Below are positions 17,392 through 26,879 of a stretch of 43,077 bases of DNA, in pieces. Under the pieces are notes generated by a model. That model made no database searches, had not been told where the DNA came from, and saw only the letters and a list, made by a program, of their open reading frames with translations. The first letter of the stretch is position 1. Every line of letters begins with the position of its first letter. The DNA comes from a virus (lineage: Duplodnaviria > Caudoviricetes). The translations under genes and the position numbers were made by a program. The stretch is taken from the IMG/VR virus record IMGVR_UViG_3300023055_000275, positions 1 through 43,077 of that record; one strand, given 5' to 3'.

Positions 17392-18107
17392 GGCGTATCC
17401 GCCTTACGCACCCAGACGCCCGGGCCGCTGCGCTGCATGGTCGCTGCGGTGGTGACGACGGTGTTGCCCTGGAAATCGAAAGGGAAGTCGCTGACGTACG
17501 CCTGGAAGGTGTACCAGGTGCGGGTCTCCGGCAGGACCAGCTCGGAGACGGTGGAGCGCTCGGCCGTCGCGGCCGCACCGGTGCCAGAACCGCCACTGAA
17601 GGCGACGGTGGGCGGGCTGGTGTAGCCCGTGCCGGGGTTGGTGATGTTGACGCCGATCACCGAGCCGGAATCGACGATGGCCGTGGCCGTGGCGCCAGTG
17701 CCACCGCCGCCCGTGATGCTAACAGTGGGGGCCGACGTGTAGCCGGTGCCGCCGTTGGTCACCTCGATGTTCGACAGGCTGCCCACCTGCTGCACGGTGG
17801 GCTCGATGTCCACGCCGTCGGACCAGCCGATGGCCCACTGGATCGGCTCGCCGCCGTCCACCTGCTCGGCCAGCTGCCAGAACAGGTAGTGGCTCTCGTT
17901 CTTGGGGTCGGCGTTGATGGTCACCGACGCCTGGCCCGGTGTGCGCAGGCCTTTCTTGTAGGTGCGCGTGTTGGTCTCGGACAGGCAGGTGTCGTCGATC
18001 TGGTCCGCCGGCGCGGTGCCGGGGTTGAAGGCCGTGATGCACTCGATCTCGCGGACAACGCCGTTGATCAGGCCATACAGCTGGGTTCCTTGGGTCAGGA
18101 TGCTCAT
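17388..18107 (-). CDS. Major tail tube protein with internal duplicated GxGYTSxPTV insertion
   Basis: [11 protein letters not shown] start with AGGAGA RBS; QIDDTCL and GLRTPGQAS motifs. Confidence 0.88.
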   Translation of the reverse strand: MSILTQGTQLYGLINGVVREIECITAFNPGTAPADQIDDTCLSETNTRTYKKGLRTPGQASVTINADPKNESHYLFWQLAEQVDGGEPIQWAIGWSDGVDIEPTVQQVGSLSNIEVTNGGTGYTSAPTVSITGGGGTGATATAIVDSGSVIGVNITNPGTGYTSPPTVAFSGGSGTGAAATAERSTVSELVLPETRTWYTFQAYVSDFPFDFQGNTVVTTAATMQRSGPGVWVRKADTP

Positions 18108-18126
18108 CGTTTCTCCTGCGGGCATT

Positions 18127-18148
18127 AAAAAACCCCGCAGTGCGGGGC
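18127..18148 (-). terminator. Intrinsic terminator-like hairpin upstream of tail tube gene
   Basis: CCCCGCACTGCGGGG followed by TTTTTT on the minus strand. Confidence 0.55.
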
Positions 18149-18170
18149 GTGGGTGGGGTTGTAGCGGGCG

Positions 18171-18536
18171 TTACCGGGGGACCAGCCAGTCCACATCGAA
18201 CGACAGGCGCAGCAGCTTCGTTTCGGGGTCGAGCATCTGTCCTCCCCAGCGGGTGATGTACCCACGGGGTTCGAAGGCATCACGCAGGGCCTTCGCACCC
18301 TGGATCAGCGATGCCTCGTCCTTCGCATAGACGTCGATCTGCGTAGTCAGCGCGTCAACGTCGGGCCTCTGGGCCAAGTAGTTCTCGGGCATGCCCGACA
18401 CTGTCTGCCAGACCGCGTAGGGCAGCGCTGGCGGCTTCTCGATCAGGCCGAACGGGTAGACGCGGGTGGGATTGGCACCGAAGGCCTGCAGGACCGACTG
18501 CGAGGCCAGGCACAGCTGGAAGATCGGGGCGATCAT
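18171..18536 (-). CDS. Tail terminator/completion protein (DUF3168-like)
   Basis: RVYPFG, PYAVWQTVSG and QIDVYA motifs. Confidence 0.8.
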   Translation of the reverse strand: MIAPIFQLCLASQSVLQAFGANPTRVYPFGLIEKPPALPYAVWQTVSGMPENYLAQRPDVDALTTQIDVYAKDEASLIQGAKALRDAFEPRGYITRWGGQMLDPETKLLRLSFDVDWLVPR

Positions 18537-19015
18537 GCAGCCCCCTGTTTTGCCAGCACGCGGTCCAGCGCCTGGTTGAAGCTGCGCGCGAACACGTCGA
18601 CGGCCTTCTGGCCGGCCTGGTCCGGCACGGGCCGGAAGATCGGCTGGGCGGCCATCTTCGACGTGCCGAACTCCAGCAGACGCCAGTACCAAGTGATTCC
18701 GCCCGGGTTGCTGGTTCCGAGCTGCGCAGCGCGACCGGCCTGGGCACCGCCCAGCACACCAACGCGGAAGGCCAGCACACCATCCTGCTTGAATGCACGT
18801 CCGTTCCAGCGCACCGCGACGTTCTTCCAGATGGCGGTCTCGGTTTCGTGGTCATCCACCCGGCGGGCGTTGCTCTGCGCCTGGTCGCGCAGCACGTTGG
18901 CTGCCCTGCGCAGGGCGGCCCGGCCACCCTTGTAGTTCACCTCGCGCTTCACCTGCGCCATCTTGTTGCGGATGCCGTCCAGACCGCTCACGTCGAATCG
19001 GATGCCGTCAGCCAT
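18533..19015 (-). CDS. HK97 gp10-family morphogenesis protein
   Basis: YWRLLEFGTSKMAAQPIFRP motif. Confidence 0.88.
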   Translation of the reverse strand: MADGIRFDVSGLDGIRNKMAQVKREVNYKGGRAALRRAANVLRDQAQSNARRVDDHETETAIWKNVAVRWNGRAFKQDGVLAFRVGVLGGAQAGRAAQLGTSNPGGITWYWRLLEFGTSKMAAQPIFRPVPDQAGQKAVDVFARSFNQALDRVLAKQGAA

Positions 19016-19343
19016 CGTTGACACCCTCGCTGCAGGGTAGCGTGAGGTATTCCAGCCCGCTGACCGGATCGGGCAGCACGCCATGGATGTTCAGGATCTT
19101 GCCCCGGTGGATCACCCGGCACTTGTCGGTCACGTCGTCGCGCTGGCGGATGGTCACCCGCATGGTCACCTCGCTGTTCAGCGCCTTCGCTGCCACCAGT
19201 TCTCGTGCCGACAACGCGACCACCTCGGCCCATAGATCGGCCAGAGGTTCCCAGCTGACGGTCTGCACGCCGGTCTCCGGCGCCTGGCCGTGCACCTGGC
19301 GCTGCAGCTGTACGCGATGGCGCAGACGGCCGGCGGCGATCAT
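19008..19343 (-). CDS. Head closure/head-tail adaptor
   Basis: AGRLRHRVQLQ...WAEV...SARE motif. Confidence 0.88.
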   Translation of the reverse strand: MIAAGRLRHRVQLQRQVHGQAPETGVQTVSWEPLADLWAEVVALSARELVAAKALNSEVTMRVTIRQRDDVTDKCRVIHRGKILNIHGVLPDPVSGLEYLTLPCSEGVNDG

Positions 19344-19546
19344 CGCGGCTTCCCGCTCAGGTAGTTGCGGGAGCCGGCCGGCTCCGCCTCGCCGCCCTCG
19401 CTGTCGCAGAGGTAATCCACCAGCCGGTTAACCGCCTTGGCGTTCTCCTGGTCGGCGTTGGTCTTTTCCTGCAGCGCCGCCACCAGCTGGTGCGTCGCCT
19501 CGGTCTGAGCGCGCAGGGCGGCCAGCAATTCGCTTTGCTCGTTCAT
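19340..19546 (-). CDS. Hypothetical coiled protein
   Basis: 68 aa; ATGA-coupled to the closure gene. Confidence 0.65.
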   Translation of the reverse strand: MNEQSELLAALRAQTEATHQLVAALQEKTNADQENAKAVNRLVDYLCDSEGGEAEPAGSRNYLSGKPR

Positions 19547-19607
19547 TCGCTTCTCGCATCCATTTCATGAGCCAAGCGCGCCGGCGCGCGCAGCCGGAGC
19601 AGGCCAC
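19428..19607 (-). CDS. Small basic CxxC protein overlapping the 68 aa ORF
   Basis: GTG immediately after the connector stop; MACSGCARRRAWLMKWMREANERAKR..., 59 aa (not in ORF track). Confidence 0.4.
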   Translation of the reverse strand: MACSGCARRRAWLMKWMREANERAKRIAGRPARSDRGDAPAGGGAAGKDQRRPGERQGG

Positions 19608-20003
19608 TCACGCCACCGTGGAGCGCCGTAGCGGCGCCAGGAGGGCCGTTGCGGCGCGAGAAAGGACATACCCATGCCCGGCATCGGCGGGCACCGTGTT
19701 GTCGCCCTCGCCCTCCCGGAACCGGTAGTGGCTTGCCAGCTCCACCAGCGTGGCCAGCACCACCTGTGAAGCGAGCACCGGTTCCCCTTCCTCGTCCACA
19801 ACCGGGACGGGGATCCCGTCAGCACCGATGATCGGCGCGCCGGCCCCATCCCGCTGAATCTCATAGCGGCGCCACGGTGACTTCAGCCAGCTATCCACCG
19901 CCGCACTCACGGCCGGGATGGCAAATGCCAGCCACAGGTCGTCGGCGCCAGGATCGAGCCGGAGCTGCTCCTGGGCCTGCGCCTTGGTCACGAACTCAAC
20001 CAT
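19608..20003 (-). CDS. Head-tail connector (HK97 gp6-like)
   Basis: FVTKAQAQEQLRLD...ATLVELASHYRFREG...ALLAPLR. Confidence 0.85.
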   Translation of the reverse strand: MVEFVTKAQAQEQLRLDPGADDLWLAFAIPAVSAAVDSWLKSPWRRYEIQRDGAGAPIIGADGIPVPVVDEEGEPVLASQVVLATLVELASHYRFREGEGDNTVPADAGHGYVLSRAATALLAPLRRSTVA

Positions 20004-20871
20004 CGCCGTCTCCTAGGCTCACAGGCCCGGCCGGAACCCGCACGCTCCGTCCGTCCCTTCCGTCGCGCCCCTTTCGGGCGGCCAGAATCCAGTCGTCGGT
20101 ATTCTCCAGGCACGGCCGGGAAGCGTTCGCGCGCTTTGCGATCCAGAGTGCACCGTCATGGGTCACCGACTGGCCGGCCTTCATGCCGAGTCCGTCTCGG
20201 TGGAAACCTCGGTGCACCATGTACGGCAGAACCAGCTCGGTCCTGCGCTCACCTGAGCCGAGGGTAATGACGAACCCGCGCTCGCTGTCGTACTCACCGG
20301 AGGCAGTTTCGAAGCTGAGACCATGCTGGCCGTCCTCACCGTCCCGACCAACCACGACACCAAGACGGATGGCCTCACCCTTCGTGGTAGTGATGACCAG
20401 CTCTCCACTGCGATCGATCATGGCGCCGGCCAGGCCCACACCATCGGCACCGGCCTGCGGCGGGTGCGCGGCCAGATGCTTTGCCACTGCTGCGGCGAGC
20501 TGCTGATCAGTGACAGGCTCCGCATCAAGCCCATCTTTCGGGACCGGAAGTGCATCAACCGCAGCCTTCACGGTCGCCTGAATCACCGCCGGATCGGCAT
20601 CGCGGCCGTTCTGAACCGGGTTCACTTCGAAGTGCTTGGACACTGCGTCTGCGGTGGCCACGTCCACGAGCGTCAGCAGTCGTGGCGAGTCCAGCAACTT
20701 GGCAACGACCAGGTCGGCCAGTGCATCCACATCGACCGGCTCGGCATTCCTTCCGGGCTCACCCTTCTCCGGAGCGCGCTGGCGCAGCTCCTCCAGCTCT
20801 CGCTTGACGGGTGCGACCGCCTCACGGATCAAGGCGCCGATCTCCGTGCCGAAGTCGATGGGATCAGTCAT
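19996..20871 (-). CDS. Portal-adjacent virion protein with collagen-like GxD/GxP triplets
   Basis: KGEPGRN, GRDGEDG, KGRDGRDG; C-terminal VTHDGALWIA...DWILAARKG. Confidence 0.7.
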   Translation of the reverse strand: MTDPIDFGTEIGALIREAVAPVKRELEELRQRAPEKGEPGRNAEPVDVDALADLVVAKLLDSPRLLTLVDVATADAVSKHFEVNPVQNGRDADPAVIQATVKAAVDALPVPKDGLDAEPVTDQQLAAAVAKHLAAHPPQAGADGVGLAGAMIDRSGELVITTTKGEAIRLGVVVGRDGEDGQHGLSFETASGEYDSERGFVITLGSGERRTELVLPYMVHRGFHRDGLGMKAGQSVTHDGALWIAKRANASRPCLENTDDWILAARKGRDGRDGRSVRVPAGPVSLGDGDG

Positions 20872-22294
20872 TGCGGAATACCTCGGCCCGTGCGGCGCGC
20901 AGGGCCATCAAGATGAAGTTCGACTGCTGCAGAGCCCTCAGCTCGTCGTCAGCAGCAGGTTCGTCGACTTCCGGATCCTCAGCGACAGGGGCCGGTTCGG
21001 CAGGAGCAGCGATCCTGTTCTGCATGACCTGATCCAGCGGGAAGTCCTGCTGCTGCATATAGACCGTATCGCCACCCTCCAGAGGGGGAAGGTTGAACAC
21101 CAACCGCGCCTCGTTGGGAGTTTCAATTCCGCCGCCGGTCAGCGTGTTGTGCACCTCAGCCTGCTTGCCGACATCCATTCGCAGAAGCGGCTCAAGATCA
21201 AGCTCTACGCCCAGCGGTCGGGAGATACCCAGACCCTCGTCCAACAGTTCCTCGATGGCCTCGATGTGCGCCTGGAGGGCATCCGAGTAGTACAGCTGGT
21301 TGATGTCATCGACCTTCATCCCAGCGGGAATCGAGCCAATGCCGATCTTGAACGGGGGAATGCCGAACGGCTGGCACACCTGCTCGTCGGAGTACCGCAT
21401 CTGCTCGACGAGCTGAGAATCCGCAGCCTTGAATGCGAAGGGTGTGAACTTCATGTCCGCACCGATCACCGCCACCTTTCCCGCGTTGGATCCCTGGAAG
21501 CTGGTATTCCAGTATTCCTTGACCGCCTGGGCATCATCGTCGGACATGCCCGCGGGCGCGGTCAGAATGCCGCCAGGATTCGCTCCGTTGGAAAAGAAGT
21601 TGGTGGAATCCTTGAGGATCTTCAGGTTCTTCACCGCCGCCCACTGTGCAGCGCACAGCGGCGGGACACCAATGAGCTGATGGTGGAAGCAGTTCATTCG
21701 GTCGTGGATGATCTCGCTCGCCGGGACAACCAGCTGCTCACCGGGATAGTTCTCCGGCAGCAGATTGGTTCCGGTGTTGTAGTTCAGCTGGTAGAACACG
21801 TCGCCACTATCAGACACCATCGGCTGAACACTGCACGGGTCCAAGATCCACAGCTTGTTGACCACGTTCCTCTCGTCCCGACCCTTCAAGACATAGGTGT
21901 TTCCCTGGATCAGCTTCGACAGCATCCAGGCTGAGCGGAACTGTTGCGACGTCTGGTAACTGTTCTGCTTCCGTAGCACGGGCCAGTATGCGGTGTTCTT
22001 CCTATCTACGCGCCAGATACCGCTGGAATCCTCTGCCTTGAGCACGAAAGGAAGCTTTCCGACATCCGACGCGATGCGGTTCAGGCACGCATACAGCGTC
22101 GGATAGGTCAGCACCGACTCGTGCCGCTCTTCCAAGTTCCGCTGCCAGGCTCCGGTGAAGGGCTCTCGCACCAGGGAGTGCCAGCCACCCAGTCCGCCGG
22201 ACGCATGCACGGGGTGCAGCGACTTGAGGTAGTCAGTCCCGTGCCTGCGCACACCGGCCTCGGTGGCCAATTCACGGGGCGAGAATCCAGCCAT
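20864..22294 (-). CDS. Portal protein, HK97 family
   Basis: YACLNRIASDV, GNTYV, EIIHDR, FFSNGANPGGIL, TPNEARLVFNLPPLEGGD. Confidence 0.95.
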   Translation of the reverse strand: MAGFSPRELATEAGVRRHGTDYLKSLHPVHASGGLGGWHSLVREPFTGAWQRNLEERHESVLTYPTLYACLNRIASDVGKLPFVLKAEDSSGIWRVDRKNTAYWPVLRKQNSYQTSQQFRSAWMLSKLIQGNTYVLKGRDERNVVNKLWILDPCSVQPMVSDSGDVFYQLNYNTGTNLLPENYPGEQLVVPASEIIHDRMNCFHHQLIGVPPLCAAQWAAVKNLKILKDSTNFFSNGANPGGILTAPAGMSDDDAQAVKEYWNTSFQGSNAGKVAVIGADMKFTPFAFKAADSQLVEQMRYSDEQVCQPFGIPPFKIGIGSIPAGMKVDDINQLYYSDALQAHIEAIEELLDEGLGISRPLGVELDLEPLLRMDVGKQAEVHNTLTGGGIETPNEARLVFNLPPLEGGDTVYMQQQDFPLDQVMQNRIAAPAEPAPVAEDPEVDEPAADDELRALQQSNFILMALRAARAEVFRND

Positions 22295-22560
22295 CAGACT
22301 TCGTCCTTCGCCGGTGCCGTCTTCGGCACGGCAGAACCTTTTCCCTTCTTTACGGCCGTGCGCGCGGATTTCCCGTCGTCACCCTGTGCGGGTTGCTTCA
22401 CCACTTCCGGAGCCGTCGGCTGCGGCGGCGCTACTGGGGCGGCTGCCGGCTGCGCCTGCATGTCGCGCCGCTGGTAGCCTCCATGAGCTTCCAGGAGGGG
22501 GGCCAGTCTGGCGTCCACACTGAAAACGCGGTTCCGCCGGATCATCTCGATCTTCGCCAT
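22294..22560 (-). CDS. Hypothetical head-region protein
   Basis: 88 aa from MAKIEM with GGGAGA RBS; YQRRDMQA motif and basic tail. Confidence 0.7.
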   Translation of the reverse strand: MAKIEMIRRNRVFSVDARLAPLLEAHGGYQRRDMQAQPAAAPVAPPQPTAPEVVKQPAQGDDGKSARTAVKKGKGSAVPKTAPAKDEV

Positions 22561-22575
22561 ACCTATCTCCCGGGG

Positions 22576-22604
22576 AAAAAAAGGCGGGGGCCGAAGCCCC
22601 CGCC
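22576..22604 (-). terminator. Intrinsic terminator after major capsid gene
   Basis: GGCGGGGG-CTTCGG-CCCCCGCC followed by T7 on the minus strand. Confidence 0.85.
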
Positions 22605-22618
22605 GAGAACTACAGAAA

Positions 22619-24028
22619 TCAGCCCCCACCACCGCCGGCGTCGACCGGGTTGCCCCACTCGACACCGGTCAAGTACGAGACCGCCTGCGGCCGGCGCTTC
22701 TTCCAGTTCACGAAGCGCTCGGCACGGATGGCCAGCTGGTTCGTCTGGAACATGCTCTGGATCTGCGCGATCGTCGGAGTGGCGGTCGCGTCATCGTCCA
22801 TGATGATCGTGGCCTCGCGGCTGACATCGATGGTGACCACGCCATCGTCCGCCAGGTAGATCTCGCTGGCGAAGGCCAGGATGAACATGCCCGACGGAAC
22901 GTAGTTGGACACGACCAGCGGCACGCCATCGATGTCGCCACCGGTCATCGAGACGTTGGGGAACTCACGAGCCATCAGCGGATTGCGCAGACCGGACAGG
23001 CGACGTGCGGTAGCGCTGTCGGTGATGTAGACCGCACTCGACACCGGCAGATTGGTATCGTCGGCCGTGGCCCACAGAGCCTGGATATCGGCGTACACGT
23101 CGCCCGTGGAAGGGATCGCGGTCACGCCATTGGTGATCGAGGCCGGCGACAGACCAGCGCCAGTGGCAGCGGCCTTCGCCGGATCAACGAAGTCCTCGTC
23201 CATGCGCTCGATCACCGCGTCGGACAGGTCGTCGCGCACCAGGATCTGGATCGACGGATCGGAGAAGCGCGCCAGCTCCTCCGTGATCACCGAAATACCG
23301 GCAATCTTGGCCCACTTCAGCTCCGTCGCGTCGTAGCCCGACTTGGTCACCGGCTTGCGGAAGCCCTCACCCACCCACTGTGCACGGCCCTTGGCGGTCT
23401 TGCCCGGGATGCGGACGTTGAACGGGACGCGGCGCAGGCCCGGCACGCTACCCTGGCCGAGCTGGCCGATGATGGTGCGCGGGCGCAGGAAATCGACGAA
23501 CTCGCTCGACAGGTTCTGGTACTGGACCAAGTTGCCCGCCCACGACGGATCAGTGGTGTTGCCAGCGGCAACCGCTGCTTTCATGATCTCGTTCAGACGC
23601 ACATCGTCGCGGAACGTGTTGTCCGCGAAGGCCTTGGCGCTGGAAACGTCGCCCTTGCCCGCATACATCGCCATGGCGAATCGGGCAAAGCCGATGCCCT
23701 GCTCTTCGTTCCTACGGCTGTGGATCAAAGCCGGGCCCTTGCCACTGGCAGCGCCGGCGGCGCGCTTCGGATCGGTCGCGGAGCCGTTTTCCTGCACGAT
23801 CTGCGCGGCCGGGACAGCGGACTTGGCCTGCACGGCGAGCAGTCGGGTCAGGCGGTCGATGTCATCGTCCAGGGACTTGATCTGGTCTTCGATGCTGTCG
23901 AACTCTTCCTTTTCGGCGGTGTCCATCGAACGGCTTTCGTCCATGGACTTCTGGGCGACTTCGTTGAGCTTCTTCTGCTGGGCGTCACGCGTGGCGCGGA
24001 GCTTTTCCAGCTGTTCCTGAATGGTCAT
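22619..24028 (-). CDS. Major capsid protein, HK97 fold with N-terminal coiled-coil delta domain
   Basis: AQWVGEG...KP, KIAGISVITEEL and MFQTNQLAIRAER motifs. Confidence 0.95.
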   Translation of the reverse strand: MTIQEQLEKLRATRDAQQKKLNEVAQKSMDESRSMDTAEKEEFDSIEDQIKSLDDDIDRLTRLLAVQAKSAVPAAQIVQENGSATDPKRAAGAASGKGPALIHSRRNEEQGIGFARFAMAMYAGKGDVSSAKAFADNTFRDDVRLNEIMKAAVAAGNTTDPSWAGNLVQYQNLSSEFVDFLRPRTIIGQLGQGSVPGLRRVPFNVRIPGKTAKGRAQWVGEGFRKPVTKSGYDATELKWAKIAGISVITEELARFSDPSIQILVRDDLSDAVIERMDEDFVDPAKAAATGAGLSPASITNGVTAIPSTGDVYADIQALWATADDTNLPVSSAVYITDSATARRLSGLRNPLMAREFPNVSMTGGDIDGVPLVVSNYVPSGMFILAFASEIYLADDGVVTIDVSREATIIMDDDATATPTIAQIQSMFQTNQLAIRAERFVNWKKRRPQAVSYLTGVEWGNPVDAGGGGG

Positions 24029-24060
24029 CTTGATCTCTCTGAAATTGGCGCAGCCCTTCG

Positions 24061-24118
24061 GCCCGGGTTCCACCCCGGGCAGTGCCTGCAAAATGGAGGG
24101 AAGCGGGTTCCACCCCGC
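24061..24118 (-). repeat. Two hairpins sharing the 14-mer CGGGTTCCACCCCG in the capsid leader
   Basis: Exact 14-mer at 24064-24077 and 24104-24117; each folds with a GUGGAA loop in the mRNA sense. Confidence 0.8.
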
Positions 24119-24139
24119 ATGGCCCAGTGGGCCGTTACT

Positions 24140-24712
24140 TCAGTCCAGCAACTTCACTGCGCCGCCAGGAGGCCTCGCCACTACTGCCTTCTGGCACTGA
24201 ATCAGGGGCACGCCGTAGCTGCTGCGGCGGCGGGTTCCACTGGTATCCATGGCCTTGATGCTTTGGATCGTTGCCGCAGCGTTGGCCGGGATCGTTACCA
24301 GCGAGAGCTCGTAGATCTCGCACTCGGTGAATCGAATTCCACCGCCATCCATGTAGCTGTACTCAAGGGCGCGGAATCCGATCGACACGCCGCGCACCAG
24401 CTTTTCCTTGACCGACTGCCAGGCCAGATCGCACATGTCCTTCAGCGCGCCCGGGGTGGCGATCTTCGCCACGCTAGCGGTGAAGGGGATTCCATCCTTC
24501 GTGGGCTTGCCGAACTTCACGATGCCCACGGGGCTGTCGTGCCGGTGCTGCCAGAGCAACGGAAGCTCGGCAGCGAACTTCGCGCCCAGAGGCTCGACCA
24601 CATCGCCGTAGCGGTCAGGCTCGGGGGTTGTCGCCCAGCCGGTGATCACCTGCTCGTCGTCGTCGTAGTTCTTGACCTCCAGCAGGCTGTAGGCGCGGTT
24701 CTCGTTATTCAT
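24140..24712 (-). CDS. Prohead protease, HK97 family
   Basis: PLLWQH, GVSIGF and YELSLVTIPAN motifs. Confidence 0.95.
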   Translation of the reverse strand: MNNENRAYSLLEVKNYDDDEQVITGWATTPEPDRYGDVVEPLGAKFAAELPLLWQHRHDSPVGIVKFGKPTKDGIPFTASVAKIATPGALKDMCDLAWQSVKEKLVRGVSIGFRALEYSYMDGGGIRFTECEIYELSLVTIPANAAATIQSIKAMDTSGTRRRSSYGVPLIQCQKAVVARPPGGAVKLLD

Positions 24713-24715
24713 GGG

Positions 24716-26521
24716 CTATCCCAGGGTCATGAGGACAAGCGTCTTGTCACTCTTTTCTTCAGCAACGGGGATGCTGATACCAACAGCCATCAGCAGCGCA
24801 GTCATGTCGTCGATCTTTTCGCTCGATCGCTTCTTGTCGGGCGCCATGTTCAAGTTCTGGTCTCGCCGCGCCACCAGGTTGGAAGCGCACCAAGTCAGCA
24901 CCGGATCGCCGTCATGGACGAAGCGTTTGCCCACGTAGGCACGCTCCAGATCCTGCATGGCCGGGTGATATGACTTCGGTCCTTGGATGAACTGCACCAT
25001 TGGCACGCCAGCGGCCAGAAGCCGTCCCACAACCTCGGTTGCATTCCAGCTGTCGAATGCGATGGACTGAACGTTGAACCGAGAGACGACCTCCAGGATC
25101 GACCTCTCGATATGGGCGTAGTCGGTTACCTCTCCCTCGGTGGTTTCGAGGTGGCCAGACGCGACCCAGCCCGCATACGGGACCGTTCCGCGCTCCGTAC
25201 GCTGCTTCACTGCCTCTTCGGGAACCCATCGGCGGCCCCAGGTGATGATCTTCCCGTCCACCCTCCAGACAAGCCGGAACGACGTCAGGTCGCTGGTGCT
25301 GGCCAGATCCAGTCCACCCCAGCAAGGAACATCCTTCAGCGCCTCAAGGTCGACCACTCCGGAGCAGGCAGCCCACTTTCGTAGCGCAACCCAGCCGTTT
25401 GCCGCCGAAGCCGGCCGGTTCAGCCGCTTGATCTGGAACTCAGCCAGCTTGGACGGCATGGCCTTGGCCTCTACCGCCTCCTTTCGGATGGCCCCCAGTA
25501 GATGCGGGTTTACCTCCATCAGAGGATTGGCCTTTCGCCAACTCGCCTCGTCGAAATCCTCGTCGTCTTCGTCGACCGCGTAGAACACTGCCAGGTAATG
25601 GTCGGCCGTGTGCTTGAACACGCCGGCCAGCAGCTGCTTCACGAACTGCCGGATCTCAGCCCAAGGGCCGGGATTGGTGTACCCCTCGGTCGTGGTGAAC
25701 AGCCAGAGCGGGTTACGGCGGGCACCAGCAGCGGACTGGAGGACGTTCAGCAAGTCAGGCGTCTTGTGCGCGTGGATCTCATCAAGTCCCACGTGGGACG
25801 GATTCAAGCCGTCCTGAGTGCTTGCCTTCGCGTGGATAGGCTTGAAGCTGGCGCCGATCTCCATGCGGCTGATCGACTTGGCCCATGTCTCAAGCCCATA
25901 CGCCTCCCGGAGGTCCGGCGTCTTCTCCACCATCCGCTTTGCGACGTTGAAGATGATCGAAGCCTGCGGGAACGTGGTGGCCGCCGAAATGACCTGGGCG
26001 CCTTCCTCGTTCTCGCAGCACTGGCAGTACAAAAGGATCGCCGAGGCCAAAGTGGACTTGGCGTTCTTGCGTGCCACCGCAAACAGCGCCGACGTGAAGC
26101 GGCGGGTGCCATCGAGCTTCCGGAACCCAAACAGCTGTGCAACGAAGAAGACGTGGGACCGGTGCAGCCGGATCTCGGGCGTCTCCCAAGCGCCTTCAAC
26201 GTGCGGCAGAAGCTCAATGAATCCGCACGCGTGGGCTGCATGCGCGGGTGAAAAGGTGAACCCTGACCCTCTCTTCTTCGCGCGGGCAAGATCGTCCAGG
26301 AAGCGCTTGGCCGCCTGGCGAATCAGCAACCCGAAGGCCTTTCCCTTCCGATCCTCCACCGCCTCCTGCGCGTAGTCGATGGCCACAGCCACGTAGTCGG
26401 CGGGATCCGGGCGGGGCCGGCGCCGGGGGCGCGCTGCGGTCTTTGGCTTCGCTGGCTTCTTGCTACTTGGCGAGCGCCGGGAGGGCGCCGAACTTGTTGC
26501 CGGGCTTTTTCTCGGCGCCAC
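24716..26521 (-). CDS. Terminase large subunit
   Basis: Walker A VARKNAKST, Walker B GLDEIH, nuclease GLDLAS and KIDD; exact start uncertain. Confidence 0.95.
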   Translation of the reverse strand: MAPRKSPATSSAPSRRSPSSKKPAKPKTAARPRRRPRPDPADYVAVAIDYAQEAVEDRKGKAFGLLIRQAAKRFLDDLARAKKRGSGFTFSPAHAAHACGFIELLPHVEGAWETPEIRLHRSHVFFVAQLFGFRKLDGTRRFTSALFAVARKNAKSTLASAILLYCQCCENEEGAQVISAATTFPQASIIFNVAKRMVEKTPDLREAYGLETWAKSISRMEIGASFKPIHAKASTQDGLNPSHVGLDEIHAHKTPDLLNVLQSAAGARRNPLWLFTTTEGYTNPGPWAEIRQFVKQLLAGVFKHTADHYLAVFYAVDEDDEDFDEASWRKANPLMEVNPHLLGAIRKEAVEAKAMPSKLAEFQIKRLNRPASAANGWVALRKWAACSGVVDLEALKDVPCWGGLDLASTSDLTSFRLVWRVDGKIITWGRRWVPEEAVKQRTERGTVPYAGWVASGHLETTEGEVTDYAHIERSILEVVSRFNVQSIAFDSWNATEVVGRLLAAGVPMVQFIQGPKSYHPAMQDLERAYVGKRFVHDGDPVLTWCASNLVARRDQNLNMAPDKKRSSEKIDDMTALLMAVGISIPVAEEKSDKTLVLMTLG

Positions 26522-26879
26522 CAGAACTCACCTTGCGTCTGCTCGCCGGCGTCATACCGAACTCGGACATCAGCGCTTTCAGCGCGGTCTGTTCAGCGGC
26601 TGTGATATCCACCCCTGCCATCTGCTTGGCCACCTGGACCTGCCAGGCGTAGCAGAGCTGCTGCAGTGCATACAGGTCCACCGTCTGGAGAACCTTGGCT
26701 GCCACCAACTGGGGGCCGAGGTCATTCCACATTGCAGCCCCGTTGACGTTCAGGTGCTGCGGTGGGTCGGGGAACACGTCGATCAGGTCGAACTCGGGAG
26801 CGTCAGGCGCCTCACGGTCCGGCCGGGCGGTTCCGGCAATCACCTTGAGGGCCGGAGCGGTCGGCTTCCGTCCTCTCAT
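26463..26879 (-). CDS. Terminase small subunit (P27 family)
   Basis: MRGRKPTAPALKVIAG...PPQHL...EFGMTPASR. Confidence 0.92.
   Translation of the reverse strand: MRGRKPTAPALKVIAGTARPDREAPDAPEFDLIDVFPDPPQHLNVNGAAMWNDLGPQLVAAKVLQTVDLYALQQLCYAWQVQVAKQMAGVDITAAEQTALKALMSEFGMTPASRRKVSSGGAEKKPGNKFGALPALAK

Noticed and set aside
16709-17596. 295 aa ORF as a single gene
   Set aside because: Only the part after the slippery site looks protein-like; the upstream part is an off-frame reading of the tube and chaperone genes
15230-24973. Long plus-strand ORFs (15230-16390, 20636-21934, 23720-24973 and similar)
   Set aside because: Antisense shadows of tape measure, portal, capsid and protease genes, expected at high GC3
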